Shown: one piece after another, positions 61,694 to 64,000 of the stretch
Numbering within the stretch: position 1 is the stretch's first letter
Layout: each line of letters starts with the position of its first letter
DNA from: a virus
Reading direction: 5' to 3' (one strand)
IMG/VR virus record: IMGVR_UViG_3300010399_000035
Coordinates: 21,036-85,035 of that record
DNA length: 64,000 nt
Translations under genes and position numbers: made by a program
The notes under the pieces: model-generated
Seen by the model: only the letters and a program-made list of their open reading frames with translations
Databases searched by the model: none
What the model was told of the DNA's origin: nothing

Positions 61694-64000
61694 ATGTCCG
61701 CAATCGCTGATCCTCGCCTTAGAGACCTAGCTGACGTAGACTGGTCCGGAGTGGTAGACCGCTCCGTGGTGGTCTACAACCTCGGCACGGATCTTTCTGA
61801 GGCACGTCTACTGGTTCCAGCCGACATCAGTGGTCTGACTGGAACTTTAGGAACCTTTGAGCTCTCCGCCAACAAAGGCGCGGCGAACGGCTATGCACCG
61901 CTGGATAGCGGTTCCAAGGTGCCGGTTGCGAACATTCCAGCTACAGCCATCACAGACACCTACGTGGTCGCTTCGCAAGCGGCCATGCTGGCACTAACGG
62001 CTCAGGTGGGAGATGTGGCCGTTCGTAGCGATATCTCTACTACGTTCATTCTACAGGGTTCCAACCCAGCAATCCTAGCGAACTGGGTACAATTATTGAA
62101 CCCAACTATATCCAGTACGGACTCGCTCCCAGAAGGTATAGTAAATCTCTACTACACCGATGCGCGGGCACGAGCAGCGATTACGGGAACGGCACCTGTC
62201 ACCGTTTCGGCTGGCGTGGTCAGCATGGCGCAGGCCACCGGCAGCGTGGACGGTTATCTCGCACACGCCGACTGGACGACGTTCAACAACAAAGAACCGG
62301 CTATCACCGCAGGCACGACCGGCCAATACTGGCGCGGCGACAAGACGTGGCAGACGCTACCGGTGACAGGCGGCGGCGTGCTGGCGACGGGCGGCTTCAC
62401 GCTCACGGTTCCCGCTACCGGCACGGCGGCGCTGCTGGGCACGGCGAACAGCTTCACCGCTGCCAACACGATTCTACTCGCACCCGCTGCCAACACGGTC
62501 AGCGACGGCCTGATTCTCAGCGACACCACGGCAGCCAGCAGCGGCAATCAGCAGTATTCGCCTGCTACCCACTGGATAGGCCAAGGCTGGAAGACGACAG
62601 CGACCGCAGCGAGTCAGACGACCGAGTTCAGGGCGTATGTCAAGCCGGTTCAGGGGACGGCTGCACCTACGGCGCTATGGACGCTTGAGAGTCAGGTCAA
62701 TGGTGGGGGCTGGGGAAATGGCGTTCAAGTAGATAGCGCAGGCACCATCACCGCCGCTGCCTCTGACGGCAATGTGTTTTCTGGCCCAACCGTGGAGATT
62801 GGTAGTTATTTGCGGGTTCAGTCAGGAGTTATCGCCGCTGGGGCCGGGGCTTCAATCGGATGGGTCGTTGAGGGAGCGGCCCAGAACAAAGTAATTTCTG
62901 GTAGTGGGTGGTTACATGGATGGTCGAATCTTGTTAATGGATCAGGCGTTAACTTACGCAGTGGAATGGACACCGCTCTCGCCCGCAACGCCGCCGCCGT
63001 AGTCGAAATCAACAACGGCACCGCAGGCCAGTGGGGCGCACTCAAGGTCGGCACCTACAACTCTACCATCGGCATCGCCAACGGCCTGACTATCGGCCAC
63101 AACGTCAGCAGCGGCACGCCGGACACTACGTTCGGCACCGGCATCCTCTTCACCGGGCAGGACACCACGACCGCTGACATCAGCATGGCGCAGGTCGCGT
63201 CGGTGTGGACGACGGCGAGTCATAGCGGGCCGGTAGCGGCGTTGAAGTTCAGTCTGGTCAATGGGACGATTGGGACGCTGACGGAGTATATGCGGCTGAC
63301 GCCAACAGGTCTGATTATGACTACAGGTGTTGCCAATCAGACAGTCAGGATTAGCGACAGGGCAATAGGTTTTTCGCGCACATCAGACGGCGGTTACCTC
63401 GGCACCATTACGGGGCGCACTACAGGTGACATCACTATTGATGGAGCAACGAGTTTTACACGGTCTGGTTCGACCATCCTCGCACTTGACAATGCGCTGT
63501 CTACGCTTACCACTACTACGTTCACTCTGACTAATGGAGTTATGAACACTAGTGGCAACACGCCACTAACACTCAGTTGTGACTCTGCTGCTGGCACAGA
63601 TCAGGGTATCCTCCTGGCTCGTGGTTCTCGCACTCCTGGGGCCAATAGCGCCCTATTCTCGTGGACGCAGGCCAGTATTGAAAGGGGCCGCGTGACTGTA
63701 GGCGGTAATCTCGGCCTGGGCACTACAGCCCCCGCCGCCATGTTGCAAGTCACGCAGCCGACGACGGGCTTCGGGACCGTCACCACGACCGCAGGTGGCA
63801 CCACGGTCACAGGAACTCTCACCCAGTTCACCAACACGTTTAAGCCTGGAGACACCATCACGGTCGGCGGCGAGACGCGCACCATTTCCGCCATTGCAAG
63901 CGACACCAGCCTCACTACGGATGCTTGGACGGGTGCTTTCTCAGCCTCGGCTTACACGTTGGTTGGCGGCACCCGCTTTCAGGTGTTTGGCAACGGTAAT
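61694..64000 (+). CDS. Fibre/adhesin-like virion protein, partial (runs off the window, not in ORF track)
   Basis: ATG 61694; the start translates as MSAIADPR...NKGAANGYAPLDSGSKVP...QYWRGDKTWQT, and the last bases (FQVFGNGN) are in the same frame (769 codons). Confidence 0.8.
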   Translation, partial: MSAIADPRLRDLADVDWSGVVDRSVVVYNLGTDLSEARLLVPADISGLTGTLGTFELSANKGAANGYAPLDSGSKVPVANIPATAITDTYVVASQAAMLALTAQVGDVAVRSDISTTFILQGSNPAILANWVQLLNPTISSTDSLPEGIVNLYYTDARARAAITGTAPVTVSAGVVSMAQATGSVDGYLAHADWTTFNNKEPAITAGTTGQYWRGDKTWQTLPVTGGGVLATGGFTLTVPATGTAALLGTANSFTAANTILLAPAANTVSDGLILSDTTAASSGNQQYSPATHWIGQGWKTTATAASQTTEFRAYVKPVQGTAAPTALWTLESQVNGGGWGNGVQVDSAGTITAAASDGNVFSGPTVEIGSYLRVQSGVIAAGAGASIGWVVEGAAQNKVISGSGWLHGWSNLVNGSGVNLRSGMDTALARNAAAVVEINNGTAGQWGALKVGTYNSTIGIANGLTIGHNVSSGTPDTTFGTGILFTGQDTTTADISMAQVASVWTTASHSGPVAALKFSLVNGTIGTLTEYMRLTPTGLIMTTGVANQTVRISDRAIGFSRTSDGGYLGTITGRTTGDITIDGATSFTRSGSTILALDNALSTLTTTTFTLTNGVMNTSGNTPLTLSCDSAAGTDQGILLARGSRTPGANSALFSWTQASIERGRVTVGGNLGLGTTAPAAMLQVTQPTTGFGTVTTTAGGTTVTGTLTQFTNTFKPGDTITVGGETRTISAIASDTSLTTDAWTGAFSASAYTLVGGTRFQVFGNGN

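Noticed and set aside
1-64000. Stop-codon reassignment (TAG and CTAG look common)
   Set aside because: Long genes are intact under the standard code and many end in TAG with the next gene tightly packed.
1-64000. Prophage, integrase or host assignment
   Set aside because: No integrase, att site or host genes are visible, so lifestyle and host cannot be determined from this window.

Overview
The window is part of a tailed dsDNA bacteriophage genome. I see no terminase, portal, capsid, integrase or clear repressor gene in it, and I cannot identify the host. Layout: (1) 1-12056, + strand tail module: tube-like protein, chaperone with a -1 frameshift, tape measure, minor tail and fibre proteins. 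(2) 12260-40889, - strand replication and nucleotide-metabolism arm: C5 methyltransferase, Toprim primase fused to an MCM-like helicase, HAD phosphatase, family A polymerase, SDR, DUF6378-like, divergent ThyX-like, HD hydrolase, nucleoside deoxyribosyltransferase, SSB, Sak4-like ATPase, PD-(D/E)XK nuclease, UDG, MazG, RuvC-like and SNF2 helicase. (3) 40.9-41.8 kb, a symmetric non-coding region resembling an origin or genome end. (4) 41811-56108, - strand early genes in promoter-led cassettes. (5) 56324-64000, + strand lysis, membrane, receiver-domain and fibre genes. The strongest unexplained signals are: about 34 copies of a ~28-bp motif (GCGGAG-N6-9-CCAGAAGATGGGCC) that switch polarity at 41.4 kb and fuse into ~50-bp dyads at 9-19 kb; a likely novel nucleotide/DNA base-modification cluster; and a 61-nt tRNA-like element directly upstream of a ~176-nt structured ncRNA candidate. 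All protein family calls come from motifs recognised by eye, not from database searches.
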